64,000 nt of DNA, from positions 12,635 through 76,634 of the forward strand of contig CAZYPW010000006.1 in NCBI GenBank assembly GCA_964649615.1, read 5' to 3'. Shown piece by piece: positions 31,791-42,198 of the stretch. Positions within the stretch are counted from its first letter, which is position 1. Each line of letters begins with the position of its first letter. The position numbers and the translations under genes were made by a program. The DNA comes from an uncultured Gammaproteobacteria bacterium (lineage in GTDB: Bacteria; Patescibacteriota; Microgenomatia; Daviesbacterales; UBA10151). The notes under the pieces are model-generated. The model was not told where the DNA came from and ran no database searches. It was given only the letters and a program-made list of their open reading frames with translations.

Positions 31791-32427
31791 GCTTCAAGAA
31801 GAGGTTCTTAAAAACTTTTTTGCCCAACCAATCGGAAAATCCTACTTCCTTACTGGTGGGACTGCGCTTTCTGGATTTTACTTTTACCATCGTGAGAGTA
31901 TTGATCTTGACCTTTTCACCTTTGAAACTATTGAAATTGAGCCTGTAAGACAGATATTTCAGGCTATTGCCACAAAAGCCCGTTTACTTCTTGATCACCG
32001 TGTTGCAACAGATGGATACCATAAATTTTTCCTGACAGGCAAAAATGAGGGGCTTAAAATAGACCTAGTCCAAGATCAAAAAGTGCATTTCGGTCATATT
32101 AAGACTTTTGGAAATATAAGGGTAGATTCAATAGAAAACATTGGCAGCAATAAAATTACCGCAATTTTTGGCAGAACCGAAGCGAAAGACTTTATTGATC
32201 TTTATTTTATTCTCAAAAAAAAGCTATTTACCTTCCAAAAACTATTTCAGGATGCTAAAAAAAAGGACTTGGGTCTTTCTGAATTTTATCTAGCCCACAT
32301 GCTTCTTGAAGTAAAAAATCTAAAATATTTTCCTAAAATATTAGTTTCTTTTAACAAAGAGGACTTGGAAAACTATTTTGTCTCCATGGCCAACAAACTT
32401 CTGCTAGAAACAAAACCTAAGGAATAA
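31771..32427 (+). CDS. AbiEii/AbiGii-family nucleotidyltransferase toxin (type IV TA)
   Basis: LTGGTAL...HRESIDLDLF and R..KDFIDLY motifs. Confidence 0.88.
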   Translation: MKKPLTKLQEEVLKNFFAQPIGKSYFLTGGTALSGFYFYHRESIDLDLFTFETIEIEPVRQIFQAIATKARLLLDHRVATDGYHKFFLTGKNEGLKIDLVQDQKVHFGHIKTFGNIRVDSIENIGSNKITAIFGRTEAKDFIDLYFILKKKLFTFQKLFQDAKKKDLGLSEFYLAHMLLEVKNLKYFPKILVSFNKEDLENYFVSMANKLLLETKPKE

Positions 32428-32472
32428 AGTGAGTTATGGCATTAGTAAGCCATAATATGTTACTTTTAAAGT

Positions 32473-32919
32473 ATGCACTCTGCCCGTGGTTTTACCTTGG
32501 TGGAACTTCTTATTGTGATAACTATCATTGCTGTTTTATCTTCCATTGGCTTGGCTACTTATACTACATTTAATAAAAATGCCAGGGATGCCAAAAGAAA
32601 AACAGATGCCAATTTTATTCAAAGCGCCCTGGAGCAATATTTTGCAGACCAGACATTTTATCCTTTAGCAGGATCAGGTAATTGTCCAACAGATGCAGAT
32701 GGGCAGTTAAGGTTTGGCTGCTCTCTAACCAATCCTGATGGATCTAAAATTTATCTTACTACTGTGCCTTCTGATTCTGACCCCAGCTCTCCTTATATTT
32801 ATGTCCCTTCTGGTAATTCTTATTGCCTTTTTGCCCAGATGGAAATTCCAGCTAATGCCAAAATTACTTCTCCCTGTACTCCCCCTGCAGGATATAACTC
32901 CTCTGTAACTAGACCATAA
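32473..32919 (+). CDS. Type IV pilin / pseudopilin G-like
   Basis: GFTLVELL; ARDAKRK.D; ALEQY. Confidence 0.88.
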   Translation: MHSARGFTLVELLIVITIIAVLSSIGLATYTTFNKNARDAKRKTDANFIQSALEQYFADQTFYPLAGSGNCPTDADGQLRFGCSLTNPDGSKIYLTTVPSDSDPSSPYIYVPSGNSYCLFAQMEIPANAKITSPCTPPAGYNSSVTRP

Positions 32920-32944
32920 GCTTTGGATATGCTACGCTAATCTT

Positions 32945-33589
32945 ATGCCCACTAAGAGTTCAAAACTCAAAACTCAAAACTCAAAATTTTGGAAGAATTT
33001 ATATAATAAGTTTTCAAAGAAAACTACCAACACTTTTAACTTTAAACTTTTAACTTTTAACTTTTGGCGCAGCCAAATGGGATTTACCCTCGTTGAGATT
33101 CTGGTTGTGATTGCAATTATCGGTATCATCGGGGCATATATTTTTGTTAACTTCCAAAGCAGCAAAGAAGAACAAAAGGTCCAAAAAGAACTTCTGCAGA
33201 TACAATCTACCCTTAAATTAGCTCAATCTAATGCTTCTGCTTCTGTTGTTTGTGATGATTTAGGCGGAGGTGCCCTGTGGCAAGTGGAACTCAACCCTTC
33301 ATCAGAAACAGTTAAAATAGGTTGTTTAAAAGAGGGAGAAGATCTAAGGCCTAAAAAAACCTATGCTTTAGAAACTGGTGTAAATATGACCTTTTTTTGT
33401 CCTGGGACAGGAAGCAGTTTTAGCTCAATTGTGACCATCACTTATGCCCCCTTTTCTGGTTTGCCTGCATTTGCTGGTGGAGATACTTGTGGTGTAGCAG
33501 GGTTAGGGGTTAGATTCCAAAGCGAAAAGGATTCAGCAATTTTTAAACAATTTACCATATCCTCCGGAGGAGCAGTTCAGGCAAAATAA
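32945..33589 (+). CDS. Minor pilin
   Basis: GFTLVE; long leader built from heptamer repeats, so the true start is uncertain. Confidence 0.8.
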   Translation: MPTKSSKLKTQNSKFWKNLYNKFSKKTTNTFNFKLLTFNFWRSQMGFTLVEILVVIAIIGIIGAYIFVNFQSSKEEQKVQKELLQIQSTLKLAQSNASASVVCDDLGGGALWQVELNPSSETVKIGCLKEGEDLRPKKTYALETGVNMTFFCPGTGSSFSSIVTITYAPFSGLPAFAGGDTCGVAGLGVRFQSEKDSAIFKQFTISSGGAVQAK

Positions 33590-33598
33590 AAATTCAAA

Positions 33599-34141
33599 AT
33601 GCAAAAGTTAAAATTACAATTCAAAAATCAAAATGGCCAGAGCCTGGTGGAACTGATTGTGGTAGCAACTGTAGCTGTAATTGTGGTGGGTGCTCTCACT
33701 TTTGCCACCATTGCAGCTTTAAGAAATGCTGCTTTCTCTAAAAACCAAACCAAGGCTACTAAGCTGGCCCAAGATGGATTAGAGAGGGTGAGGACTTCCA
33801 GGGATAGAGGCTTGGAAGTAGATCTTTTAGGCAATCCTGATAAGAAATTTTCAGATCTTTGGGGCTTGTTTTTAACAAGAGACTCTTGTAGCGATAAGCC
33901 CTGCTTGTTTGAACTAACTGCAACTGGCAGCTTACAACAAATAAACATCCCAACAGATGTGCAAGAAGTTGAGGGCCTAAGAAGATATATTGAAATTTCA
34001 GATCAAGCAGCCTGTCCCCCTTTATCTTCAAATGAATGTTATAAATTTCAAAAACAAATATCCGCTGTCGTTACCTGGACAGATTTTTCAGGTCCACATG
34101 AATCCAGATTAACAACCATTTTAAGGAACCAAAATATATGA
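33599..34141 (+). CDS. Minor pilin (PilV-like)
   Basis: GQSLVE; A..GLERVR. Confidence 0.8.
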   Translation: MQKLKLQFKNQNGQSLVELIVVATVAVIVVGALTFATIAALRNAAFSKNQTKATKLAQDGLERVRTSRDRGLEVDLLGNPDKKFSDLWGLFLTRDSCSDKPCLFELTATGSLQQINIPTDVQEVEGLRRYIEISDQAACPPLSSNECYKFQKQISAVVTWTDFSGPHESRLTTILRNQNI

Positions 34142-34752
34142 GCAAGAATGCTTTCACATTGGTTGAAGTTTTAGTAGTATTGGGAGTTTTGTCAATTTTG
34201 GGCTTAATTGTACTGACAATTTTTACCAGATCCTTGCGGGGAACAAATAAAACTCAAATAATCCTTTCCATCAAAGAAAACGGCCAATCTGTTTTAGAAA
34301 ATATTGATAAAAATATTAGGAATGCTGATAATTTAGTCTGTGTTTCTTCTAATACTGTAGTACTATTTAAAGAAGGCACTTATACCAGATATAGAATTAG
34401 TGAGCCTCAAGATTCTTCGACCTCTCCTACATGTTCAGAGAATGGTTGCATTGCTTTTGATTCTCCCCAACCTCTTCCAGAGGAAATTACACCGGAGGAA
34501 TTTATCAACAGATTAGGCCAAAACAGAATTTGCAGTTCAACTGACCCACTTCTATCCCCCACCATCTTAACTGATACAGATGAAGAAAAAGGAGTTTTGG
34601 TAAGTAATGGCCTATTTGAATTAGACAGAAAAGAGGGTTTTAAGGATTCACTTAATGTAAAATTTACATTGGAGGCGCCGCCCGGGGCACCTGAAGCCCT
34701 AAGAGGCCAAATAGATCCTGTTATTTTTGAAACAACCATTCAATTAAGGTAA
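34138..34752 (+). CDS. Minor pilin (PilW-like)
   Basis: AFTLVE; IRNA. Confidence 0.8.
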   Translation: MSKNAFTLVEVLVVLGVLSILGLIVLTIFTRSLRGTNKTQIILSIKENGQSVLENIDKNIRNADNLVCVSSNTVVLFKEGTYTRYRISEPQDSSTSPTCSENGCIAFDSPQPLPEEITPEEFINRLGQNRICSSTDPLLSPTILTDTDEEKGVLVSNGLFELDRKEGFKDSLNVKFTLEAPPGAPEALRGQIDPVIFETTIQLR

Positions 34753-34761
34753 GATGATTAT

Positions 34762-35634
34762 ATGAGTAAAAAAGGGCAATTAATTCTAACGCTGATTTTG
34801 GTAATGTCTGTGGCTTTAGCAGTAGGGTTATCAATAATTCAAAAAAGCCTGGTGGATATTTCCACCTCCACCAAAGTTGAGCAGTCATCCCGGGCTTTTT
34901 CTGCAGCTGAAGCAGGCATAGAAAAAGCCTTGCAGGTGGGAACTACCAGTGTTGAGTTTGAGAATAAGTCTAAGGCTGATGTAGTGGACTCTAATTTAAT
35001 TCCTTGTGTACCAGGTTCCTCCTCAACTTGTCCTCCCGGGCAGCAAGCTCCTTTGGAGTTCCCTCCCTTATCCAAAGAAGAAATAGCTCAGGTATGGTTG
35101 GCTGATTATAACTCACCTACCAATCCCCCGGCTTATCATTATAAACAAACTAGCCTGGATGTATATTGGGGTAATTCTGATGTAGATAGGGCAGCTTTAG
35201 AGTTAACTTTAGTTTATTATGATGGCAGCAAATATGACAGCAGAAAATGGTATTTAGATCACACATCTGCAAACAGAAATCCAGCCAATGGTTTTGAGGC
35301 GCTAGCTTGCAATGGCTATGATTTAGCTGGAACAGCCTATCAGTGCAAAAAAACAATTGGAGTTTCACCTGGCCTATCATTACCTGCAAATTTGATTCTT
35401 ATTCGGGCAAGAATGTTATATAACACAAACTCCCAGCCTTTTGCAGTGCAAGCTTCCTGGCCTTGTAGTATTAACCCTGTTATTAACTGCTATCTTCCAC
35501 CTCAGGCCAGAAGTTTTACTTCAGTTGGGTCCTCAGGTGAGACTCAAAGAACTGTTAAATTATTTCAGCAAAGCAAGGTAATTCCTCCTTACTTTGATTA
35601 CGCCATCTTTTCTGCTGGTGAAATAAAAAAGTGA
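34762..35634 (+). CDS. Minor pilin (PilX-like)
   Basis: KGQ followed by a TM helix; AFSAAEAGIE. Confidence 0.8.
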   Translation: MSKKGQLILTLILVMSVALAVGLSIIQKSLVDISTSTKVEQSSRAFSAAEAGIEKALQVGTTSVEFENKSKADVVDSNLIPCVPGSSSTCPPGQQAPLEFPPLSKEEIAQVWLADYNSPTNPPAYHYKQTSLDVYWGNSDVDRAALELTLVYYDGSKYDSRKWYLDHTSANRNPANGFEALACNGYDLAGTAYQCKKTIGVSPGLSLPANLILIRARMLYNTNSQPFAVQASWPCSINPVINCYLPPQARSFTSVGSSGETQRTVKLFQQSKVIPPYFDYAIFSAGEIKK

Positions 35635-35638
35635 CAGT

Positions 35639-36037
35639 ATGAATGAACGAGGTTTTTCTTTGCTTGAAGCAATTTTAGTTATCTTTGTATCAGGAGTACT
35701 GATACTTCTAGTTGCCAACCTACCCAATGCTTTTAATTTAGTGGGAAAAAGTAAAAATGCCTCTATTGCCAGGGAAATTGCTGTTAAGCAAATTGAGGAT
35801 TTAAGGTCTATCAGTTATGACAATTTAGCCCTAGGTTCAGATGATATTACAGATAACAGAATAGCTTTATTACCCCAAGGGAACGGATCTTTTACTATTG
35901 AAGACTGCAACATCGAATTATGTGCCAATGGAGAGGAGATAAAGATGATTAAAGTTTCAATTAGTTGGAAAGAGAATACAAAAGACCAAAAAGTAGATTT
36001 AACTACTTTAATATCGCAGGGAGGCCTAAACCAATGA
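35639..36037 (+). CDS. Minor pilin (PilV-like)
   Basis: RGFSLLE. Confidence 0.8.
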   Translation: MNERGFSLLEAILVIFVSGVLILLVANLPNAFNLVGKSKNASIAREIAVKQIEDLRSISYDNLALGSDDITDNRIALLPQGNGSFTIEDCNIELCANGEEIKMIKVSISWKENTKDQKVDLTTLISQGGLNQ

Positions 36038-36609
36038 AAAGTGTGGGTTTTACCCTTGCTGAAACATTAGTAGTGGTCAGTATTATTATAGTGGCAGGAC
36101 TTCTTTTGATGGGAGTGGTGGTTAATTTTACAGGGATAAGTGTTACTCAATCATCTAAAGTTTCTCAGGGAGTAAATGTTAATGATAGCTTTATGAAAAT
36201 TAGGGAAGCTGTTAAATCAGCCTCAGCCATTGCTTCCTCCTACCCTGAGAGTGGGAGTCCCATCTACACTAGTTCTTCCACCCAGTTAGTTTTAAAGCTT
36301 CCAGCAATTGATTCATCAGGCAATATTATAGAGGCAAGTTTTGATTATTTTGTTTTTGTGGTGGAAAGCAGCAGCCTGCTTTTTAAGATCTTCCCAAATG
36401 CTTTTAGCTCAAGAACTGCTCAAAATCAGGTTTTAACCACTGCTTTAGATAGTTTGCTTTTTCAGTATTTTGATAATTCCATTCCTCCACAAGAGGTTGT
36501 TCCTAATCTCTCATCTAAAATCAGGACCACTATCAACTTAAGGCAAAAAATAGGCATAGATTATCAAACATCAATTGCAACATCTGAGGCAAATTTAAGA
36601 AATGATTAG
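36034..36609 (+). CDS. Minor pilin (PilW-like)
   Basis: MKSVGFTLAE start at 36034. Confidence 0.78.
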   Translation: MKSVGFTLAETLVVVSIIIVAGLLLMGVVVNFTGISVTQSSKVSQGVNVNDSFMKIREAVKSASAIASSYPESGSPIYTSSSTQLVLKLPAIDSSGNIIEASFDYFVFVVESSSLLFKIFPNAFSSRTAQNQVLTTALDSLLFQYFDNSIPPQEVVPNLSSKIRTTINLRQKIGIDYQTSIATSEANLRND

Positions 36610-38452
36610 ATTAGTTCGTAGTTTTGAGTTCGTAGTTCGTAGATTTTTTACTATGAACTATGAACTAATAACTCATAACCAAAAAGGCCAGATATTGCTG
36701 ATTATTTTTGTGGTTTTAGCTGTGGTTTTATTTAGCATACTATTTATAGTTACTGGTTCTCAAATTTATTATACAAATAGTACTTACTCTAACAATGTTG
36801 AGGCAGCTAATAATTTAGCTGAGGCAGGAGTAGATAAAGCCTTAGAATCATTGAATAAAACTGGAGGTACTTATAGTGGTGAAGATGAAACTAATCTAGG
36901 AGATGGTTCTTTTTCTGTCCAAATTACCTCTAAAGATGCAGGAATAAAAATTATAGAATCAACAGGTTATATCCCTAACAAAACCAATCCAAAGGTCAAA
37001 AGAACAATCAAAATAGAAACTTCAAAAGGAGTAGGAGCGTCTTTTATCTATGGAATTCAGGTTGGAGAGGGAGGATTGGAGCTTGGCAATAATAATACAG
37101 TTTCGGGTTCAATTTATTCCAATGGAAGCATAATCATGGGTAATAATAATGACATCACCGGAGATGCTTGGGTGGCAGCCGGTATCCCTCCCACCTCTGA
37201 TCAACAAACAGATTGCCTAACATGTGTTGACTACCTTTTTGGTAAAACAATAGATGGCCAAACTAGGCTTGATGTTGCACAAAGCTTTAAACCTTCTATT
37301 ACAGATAAAATCAGGAAGGTAACTCTTAAGATTAAAAAAATAGGTAACCCTCCTGATGCCACAGTTAGAATTATGGGTGATGATAATGGAAAGCCTAAAA
37401 AGCAGGATGTATTTGCAACAGGAACTCTTTCAGGCAGTTTGGTGACAAGCGAATACGGGTGGATAGACGTAACGTTTTTCACAAATCCTACGTTATCTGC
37501 TGATACTACTTATTGGATTATGATTGATACATCATCTGATATTAATAACTTTTGGTCCTGGCAAAATGACCTTGCTCAAAGTTATAACGGTGGTGTGCCC
37601 AAATGGTCACCTAACTGGAGTGCAGGTAATCCTACCTGGAACTCTTTTTCCGGAGATTTAAGCTTTAAAACATATATGGGCGGAACAACTAATTTTATCC
37701 TATCCGGGAATGGCACCACGGTAGTAGGTGATGTTCACGCAAATACCATCGACAGGTTAATAATTGGTAAAGACGCATATTATCAAACCATCACCAATTC
37801 AACTGTCAGCGGTAGTTCTTGCCCCAATGTGAATTGTCATCCAGGATCCGAGGATCCGCCTCCCAAAACCTTTCCTATTTCAGAAGCAAACATATTAGGG
37901 TGGAAAAATGAGGCAGCCATATCAGGTTCTTTAACACAACCAACTTGTGGATCCCAAACTGCCTGGGGGCCGGGTAAATTTACCGGTAGCTTAACTTTGG
38001 GCAATCAGTGCATTATTAAGGTAAAAACCCCCATCTGGATAACTGGAGATATCACCATGGGAAATGAAAATAGGTTTATTCTTGATTCCTCTTACGGGAC
38101 AAGTTCAGGAATAATTATTACTGACGGACAAGTAGATATGGGGAATCAGAATAAGCTTTTAGGTACGGGGGAGGGAAACAGCATTTTGGTGCTTCTTTCC
38201 ACTTATGATTCAAGAACCAATAACAACAGCACCATCACAATTGGCAATATAGGCAATACAGGAGTATTTTATGCAGATAAAGGGATTATTGATCCGGGTA
38301 ATAACAACCAATTTAAGGAGATAACAGCTTGGAAAATAAAAATAACCAATGATTCAATAATAGATTATGAAACAGGTTTAGCTTCTATTCTTTTCTCATC
38401 AGGCCCTTCTGGGTCTTATTCTTTGATCAAAGGAACTTATCAGGTAAAATAA
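36602..38452 (+). CDS. Large PilX-like pilin with extended C-terminal (adhesin-like) domains
   Basis: QKGQ followed by a TM helix; LAEAGVD; beta-helix-like GN repeats; start uncertain because of a repeat-derived leader. Confidence 0.72.
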   Translation: MIRLVRSFEFVVRRFFTMNYELITHNQKGQILLIIFVVLAVVLFSILFIVTGSQIYYTNSTYSNNVEAANNLAEAGVDKALESLNKTGGTYSGEDETNLGDGSFSVQITSKDAGIKIIESTGYIPNKTNPKVKRTIKIETSKGVGASFIYGIQVGEGGLELGNNNTVSGSIYSNGSIIMGNNNDITGDAWVAAGIPPTSDQQTDCLTCVDYLFGKTIDGQTRLDVAQSFKPSITDKIRKVTLKIKKIGNPPDATVRIMGDDNGKPKKQDVFATGTLSGSLVTSEYGWIDVTFFTNPTLSADTTYWIMIDTSSDINNFWSWQNDLAQSYNGGVPKWSPNWSAGNPTWNSFSGDLSFKTYMGGTTNFILSGNGTTVVGDVHANTIDRLIIGKDAYYQTITNSTVSGSSCPNVNCHPGSEDPPPKTFPISEANILGWKNEAAISGSLTQPTCGSQTAWGPGKFTGSLTLGNQCIIKVKTPIWITGDITMGNENRFILDSSYGTSSGIIITDGQVDMGNQNKLLGTGEGNSILVLLSTYDSRTNNNSTITIGNIGNTGVFYADKGIIDPGNNNQFKEITAWKIKITNDSIIDYETGLASILFSSGPSGSYSLIKGTYQVK

Positions 38453-38603
38453 TCTCAAAACTCAAATCGCAAAACATCAATACTGCCTTCGGCAGAACAA
38501 AACTACAACTAAAAGCTTAAATCTTTAAAGTTTTAATATTTAAGATTTAGATTTGCCATTTGACATTTAACATTTGAGATCTGACAATGAATATACTGTC
38601 CAT

Positions 38604-39638
38604 ATGGGAAAAATAACGGTTGGTTTAGATATTGGTTTTTCTTCAATAAAAGTAGTTGCCTTGTCTAAGGATAAGCAGTTTAAATTAGTTTCCTTGGGTT
38701 CAATCCCCGCACCCTCACCTGGTATGATATCAGATAGTGACCCGGATTTAGAGGCAGTGGCTGTAGCCATTAAAAGATTGCTTGATGATACCAAAATAGA
38801 AGATAAAGAGGTTGTTGTGGCACTTCCTGAATCAAAGGTTTTTACCAGAGTGATTGATGATTTGCCATACTTAACAGATGCAGAGCTATCTTCTGCTATC
38901 AAATATGCCTCTGAAGAGTTTATACCTATGCCCTTAACTGAGGTAAATTTAAACTGGCAAGTTTTGCTTAAGTCCAAAGACCGTAGTAAAGATACCAAAA
39001 CAGTAGTTTTGGTGATTGCCTCACCTAAAAATGTAGTTTCCAAATATGTCAAGGTTTTATCTATGGCAGCTTTGCATCCTAAGGCACTAGAAACAGAAAC
39101 AATCGCTGTCACCCGCTCTCTGGTAGGAAATAATCCTTTCTCCCCCAGCAGTTTAATAATTCAACTTGGGGCCACTACCACTGATTTTGCCGTAGTTTCC
39201 AAGGGCTTGATTTGGTTAACCAGGTCAATTTCAACAGGAGGATCTGCTCTAACTCGCTCTCTGGCCCAAAATTTCAATTTTGAATTCCCTCAGGCAGAAG
39301 AATATAAAAAAGTATATGGGCTAATGGAAGACCAGCTTGAAGGAAAAGTGCTTGAGGCTTTGCGCCCTATTGTAGAAATTATCGCCACAGAAGCTAAAAG
39401 AGTCATTCAGTCTTATGAAACAAAATATCCAAATGATCCAATCAAAAGAGCAGTTTTATCCGGAGGCGGTGCCAAGATGCCTAGGTTTGTGATCTATTTG
39501 GCAAACAGGATGGCTTTAGAAGTTCAGGAAGCAGATCCCTGGTACTCTATAGAAAAAGATAAGGGATTAATTTCTAAATTATCACAAGATGCCCCTTCAT
39601 ATTCAGTTGCAGTAGGGCTTGCACTTAGGGAGGAGTAA
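38604..39638 (+). CDS. pilM: Type IV pilus assembly protein PilM
   Basis: VGLDIGFSSIK, LSGGGA, VAVGLALR. Confidence 0.9.
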   Translation: MGKITVGLDIGFSSIKVVALSKDKQFKLVSLGSIPAPSPGMISDSDPDLEAVAVAIKRLLDDTKIEDKEVVVALPESKVFTRVIDDLPYLTDAELSSAIKYASEEFIPMPLTEVNLNWQVLLKSKDRSKDTKTVVLVIASPKNVVSKYVKVLSMAALHPKALETETIAVTRSLVGNNPFSPSSLIIQLGATTTDFAVVSKGLIWLTRSISTGGSALTRSLAQNFNFEFPQAEEYKKVYGLMEDQLEGKVLEALRPIVEIIATEAKRVIQSYETKYPNDPIKRAVLSGGGAKMPRFVIYLANRMALEVQEADPWYSIEKDKGLISKLSQDAPSYSVAVGLALREE

Positions 39639-39640
39639 TT

Positions 39641-40183
39641 ATGGCTTATATTTCTATCAACCTTTTGCCAATAGAATTTAGAGAAGAGCAGTTAAAGGCA
39701 AGCAGATTCTATAGAATTCAGGCTATAGGAATATCCATAATTTTACTGACAGTTTTCTTTGCTTCCTTGACTGTGGCTTTAAAAATTCTGCAAAGCCAAG
39801 CTGTAGCTTCTGCCCAAAGCCTGGTTTCTCAAAGGCAAAGAGCAGTGGAAGATTTTAAGACTATCCAGGCTTCCCTCTTGCTTTTGGAAAATAGGCTCAA
39901 AACTGTTAGCCAATTTGCTGGTGTACCCTCAAAACAAAATTCCACCTATCAGGATTTAACTAAGGTGATCCCTCCCGCTGCCTCAATTAGCTCCTTGAGT
40001 ATTGATAAGGAAGGAAATGCTTTAATTGTGGCTGCAGTTTCAGATCTAAACACTCTAGATATCATGTTTACAAACATGATTGATGAAGAGATGGGCCGTT
40101 TTTCAGAGGTTTCAATTGAGAGCTTATCTCGGGCCAGAGATGGCGTATTCAAGGTCAGTTTGAAACTTAAACCTAAAGAATGA
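39641..40183 (+). CDS. pilN: PilN-like protein
   Basis: INLLP motif followed by a TM helix; follows pilM. Confidence 0.8.
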   Translation: MAYISINLLPIEFREEQLKASRFYRIQAIGISIILLTVFFASLTVALKILQSQAVASAQSLVSQRQRAVEDFKTIQASLLLLENRLKTVSQFAGVPSKQNSTYQDLTKVIPPAASISSLSIDKEGNALIVAAVSDLNTLDIMFTNMIDEEMGRFSEVSIESLSRARDGVFKVSLKLKPKE

Positions 40184-40887
40184 AAAACAGCCAGGTTTTA
40201 TCAATTATTTACTCAAAATATAAACTAATAATTTTTCCTATGGTGGTGGCAATTTCTTGCTTGATCTTAATTTTTTTTGTTATATTCCCCCAATTTTTAA
40301 GCCTTATATCTGCTCATACAGCTGCTGGTGAATTAAGCAGTAAAGCCAAGTTTTTAGAGGTAAAAGCTCAAGCGCTGCAAAATTATAATGAAGAAGATTT
40401 GAGCTCAAAAGTAAGTTATGCTTTAAGCGCCTATCCAGAGGACAAAGATTATGCAAATGCCCTGTCTGCACTGCAAGGCATTGCTTCAAAGTGGGGTTTT
40501 GTGATAACTGCTTTTGCTCTTTCTGGTGGTGAAGTCAAAATAAAAGGAGCTCAAAGTTATGTGATAAAGCTGGATATAACTGGGAGCAGGGCACTCCTTC
40601 CTTCTTTTTTGAATGAAATTGAGATTTCTAATAGGCTGATGAGAGTAAATGGGTTAGAAGTTTCATCAGGCAGGGATACTGCTGCAGTTGAAAGCTCACT
40701 TACTATTTTAGCTTTTTATGCCCCTGTTCCTACTACCTTTGGCAGTGTTGATTCTCCTTTGCCTACCTTATCTTCAGAAGAAGAAGAAATTATTACCAAA
40801 TTATCCTCAAATGCTCCAGTTCAACTCCCTAGTGAGGAGCCTCAAGAGGTAATTATTCCTACAGGAAAAGCTAATCCTTTTGAATGA
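40180..40887 (+). CDS. pilO: PilO-like protein
   Basis: TM plus coiled coil; position after pilN; C-terminal NPF. Confidence 0.7.
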   Translation: MKNSQVLSIIYSKYKLIIFPMVVAISCLILIFFVIFPQFLSLISAHTAAGELSSKAKFLEVKAQALQNYNEEDLSSKVSYALSAYPEDKDYANALSALQGIASKWGFVITAFALSGGEVKIKGAQSYVIKLDITGSRALLPSFLNEIEISNRLMRVNGLEVSSGRDTAAVESSLTILAFYAPVPTTFGSVDSPLPTLSSEEEEIITKLSSNAPVQLPSEEPQEVIIPTGKANPFE

Positions 40888-41551
40888 GATTAGGCCTTAT
40901 GGCTTGTGTCTTTTCTATAGATTTTTCTTTTCGCCATTTAGCTATTTCAGCGTGGTTTCCAGAAAGCAAAACTTTGGGAACTTTATCTCCTTCAAAAATA
41001 TCTGGCCTTGTATACTGGGGATGTTCTAGCAGATGTGGATCAGAGAAAGATTCATCTAAAGTTGCCTGATCTTTTAAAACCCCATTAATAAGCCTGACTA
41101 CACTATCAACTATCACCATGGCAGGGATCTCTCCTCCTGTTAAAACATAATCACCTATGGAGATTTCCTCATCCACATATTTATCAATAAATCTTTGGTC
41201 CACCCCCTCATAGTGCCCACAAATAATGATGAGGTGATCTAGTTTAGATAATCTCCGGGCATCTTTTTGCTTATAGGGAGTTCCTGAGGCTGAAGTTAAA
41301 ATGACTTTTGACTTTTGACTTTTGACTTTTGACTTTTTCAGCGCAGCTGAAAGTATGTCTGCCCGAAGTAACATCCCTACTCCTCCTCCATAAACTCTTC
41401 CATCTACTACTTTGTGTTTCCCTTCCCCAAAATCTCTTAAATTTATAAGCTCAAATGAGACTTTTTTTTTAATTTGGGCAGCTTTTATGATACTGGAATT
41501 AAAGATTGGTTCAAAAACTTCTGGGAAGAGGGTGATAATTGATATTTTCAT
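40871..41551 (-). CDS. trmD: tRNA (guanine-N1)-methyltransferase
   Basis: TLFPE, YGGGVGM, CGHYEGVDQR, SIGDYVLTGGE. Confidence 0.96.
   Translation of the reverse strand: MKISIITLFPEVFEPIFNSSIIKAAQIKKKVSFELINLRDFGEGKHKVVDGRVYGGGVGMLLRADILSAALKKSKVKSQKSKVILTSASGTPYKQKDARRLSKLDHLIIICGHYEGVDQRFIDKYVDEEISIGDYVLTGGEIPAMVIVDSVVRLINGVLKDQATLDESFSDPHLLEHPQYTRPDIFEGDKVPKVLLSGNHAEIAKWRKEKSIEKTQAIRPNLIQKD
41302..41336. repeat. Five perfect TGACTTT heptamers inside trmD
   Basis: Encode KKSKVKSQKSKV. Confidence 0.9.
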
Positions 41552-41796
41552 TGCCCACTTTGTTGTGGATCATTTAGCTGTAGATTAACCCTGATATTTT
41601 CAGCAATAGCTCTAACTGTTAATAGTTTTCTAATAGCTCTGATTGTTTTCCCCATCTTTCCAATCACCAGTCCCATATCCTTGGGATCAACAGTTAAGAT
41701 CAGGTTTATTTCACCATCATTTTTATCCTCAGTAATAGAAACTGCATCAGGATTTGAGACTAAACTGGTAACAATATAATTAAGCAGGTCTTTCAT
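41548..41796 (-). CDS. khpA: KH-domain RNA-binding protein
   Basis: DMGLVIGKMGKTIRAIR; lies between rpsP and trmD. Confidence 0.88.
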   Translation of the reverse strand: MKDLLNYIVTSLVSNPDAVSITEDKNDGEINLILTVDPKDMGLVIGKMGKTIRAIRKLLTVRAIAENIRVNLQLNDPQQSGQ

Positions 41797-42157
41797 CAGT
41801 ATTTTCCTTTGTAGCTTTCTCTTCTTTGGAAGCTTCTGCTGGAGTTTGTTCTTCTGCAGGCTGTTGGTTGGCAGCTGGTGGCTGCTCAACTTTTTTCTCC
41901 TTTTTTGGTTTTCTAGGTGGCCTTTGCTTGGCCTTACCAATCATCCTTAAAAATCCATCAGACATTTGAGCTCCCTGTTTTATCCAATAGTCAACCCGAT
42001 CTTGTTTTAATTTAATATCTTTGGGTTCTGTTAAGGGATTGTAGCTTCCTAAAAGCTCAATATAAGCTCCAGATCTTTTGCTTCTTTCATCAATTACCAC
42101 TACCCTATAAAAGGGCTTTTGTTTAGTTCCAAGTCTGGTTAAACGAATTTTTAACAT
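41780..42157 (-). CDS. rpsP: 30S ribosomal protein S16
   Basis: MLKIRLTRLG..KPFYRVVV. Confidence 0.96.
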   Translation of the reverse strand: MLKIRLTRLGTKQKPFYRVVVIDERSKRSGAYIELLGSYNPLTEPKDIKLKQDRVDYWIKQGAQMSDGFLRMIGKAKQRPPRKPKKEKKVEQPPAANQQPAEEQTPAEASKEEKATKENTDERPA

Positions 42158-42198
42158 AGTTTAAGCGAAGCTAAGTATATAGAATTAAGATATGCTCG

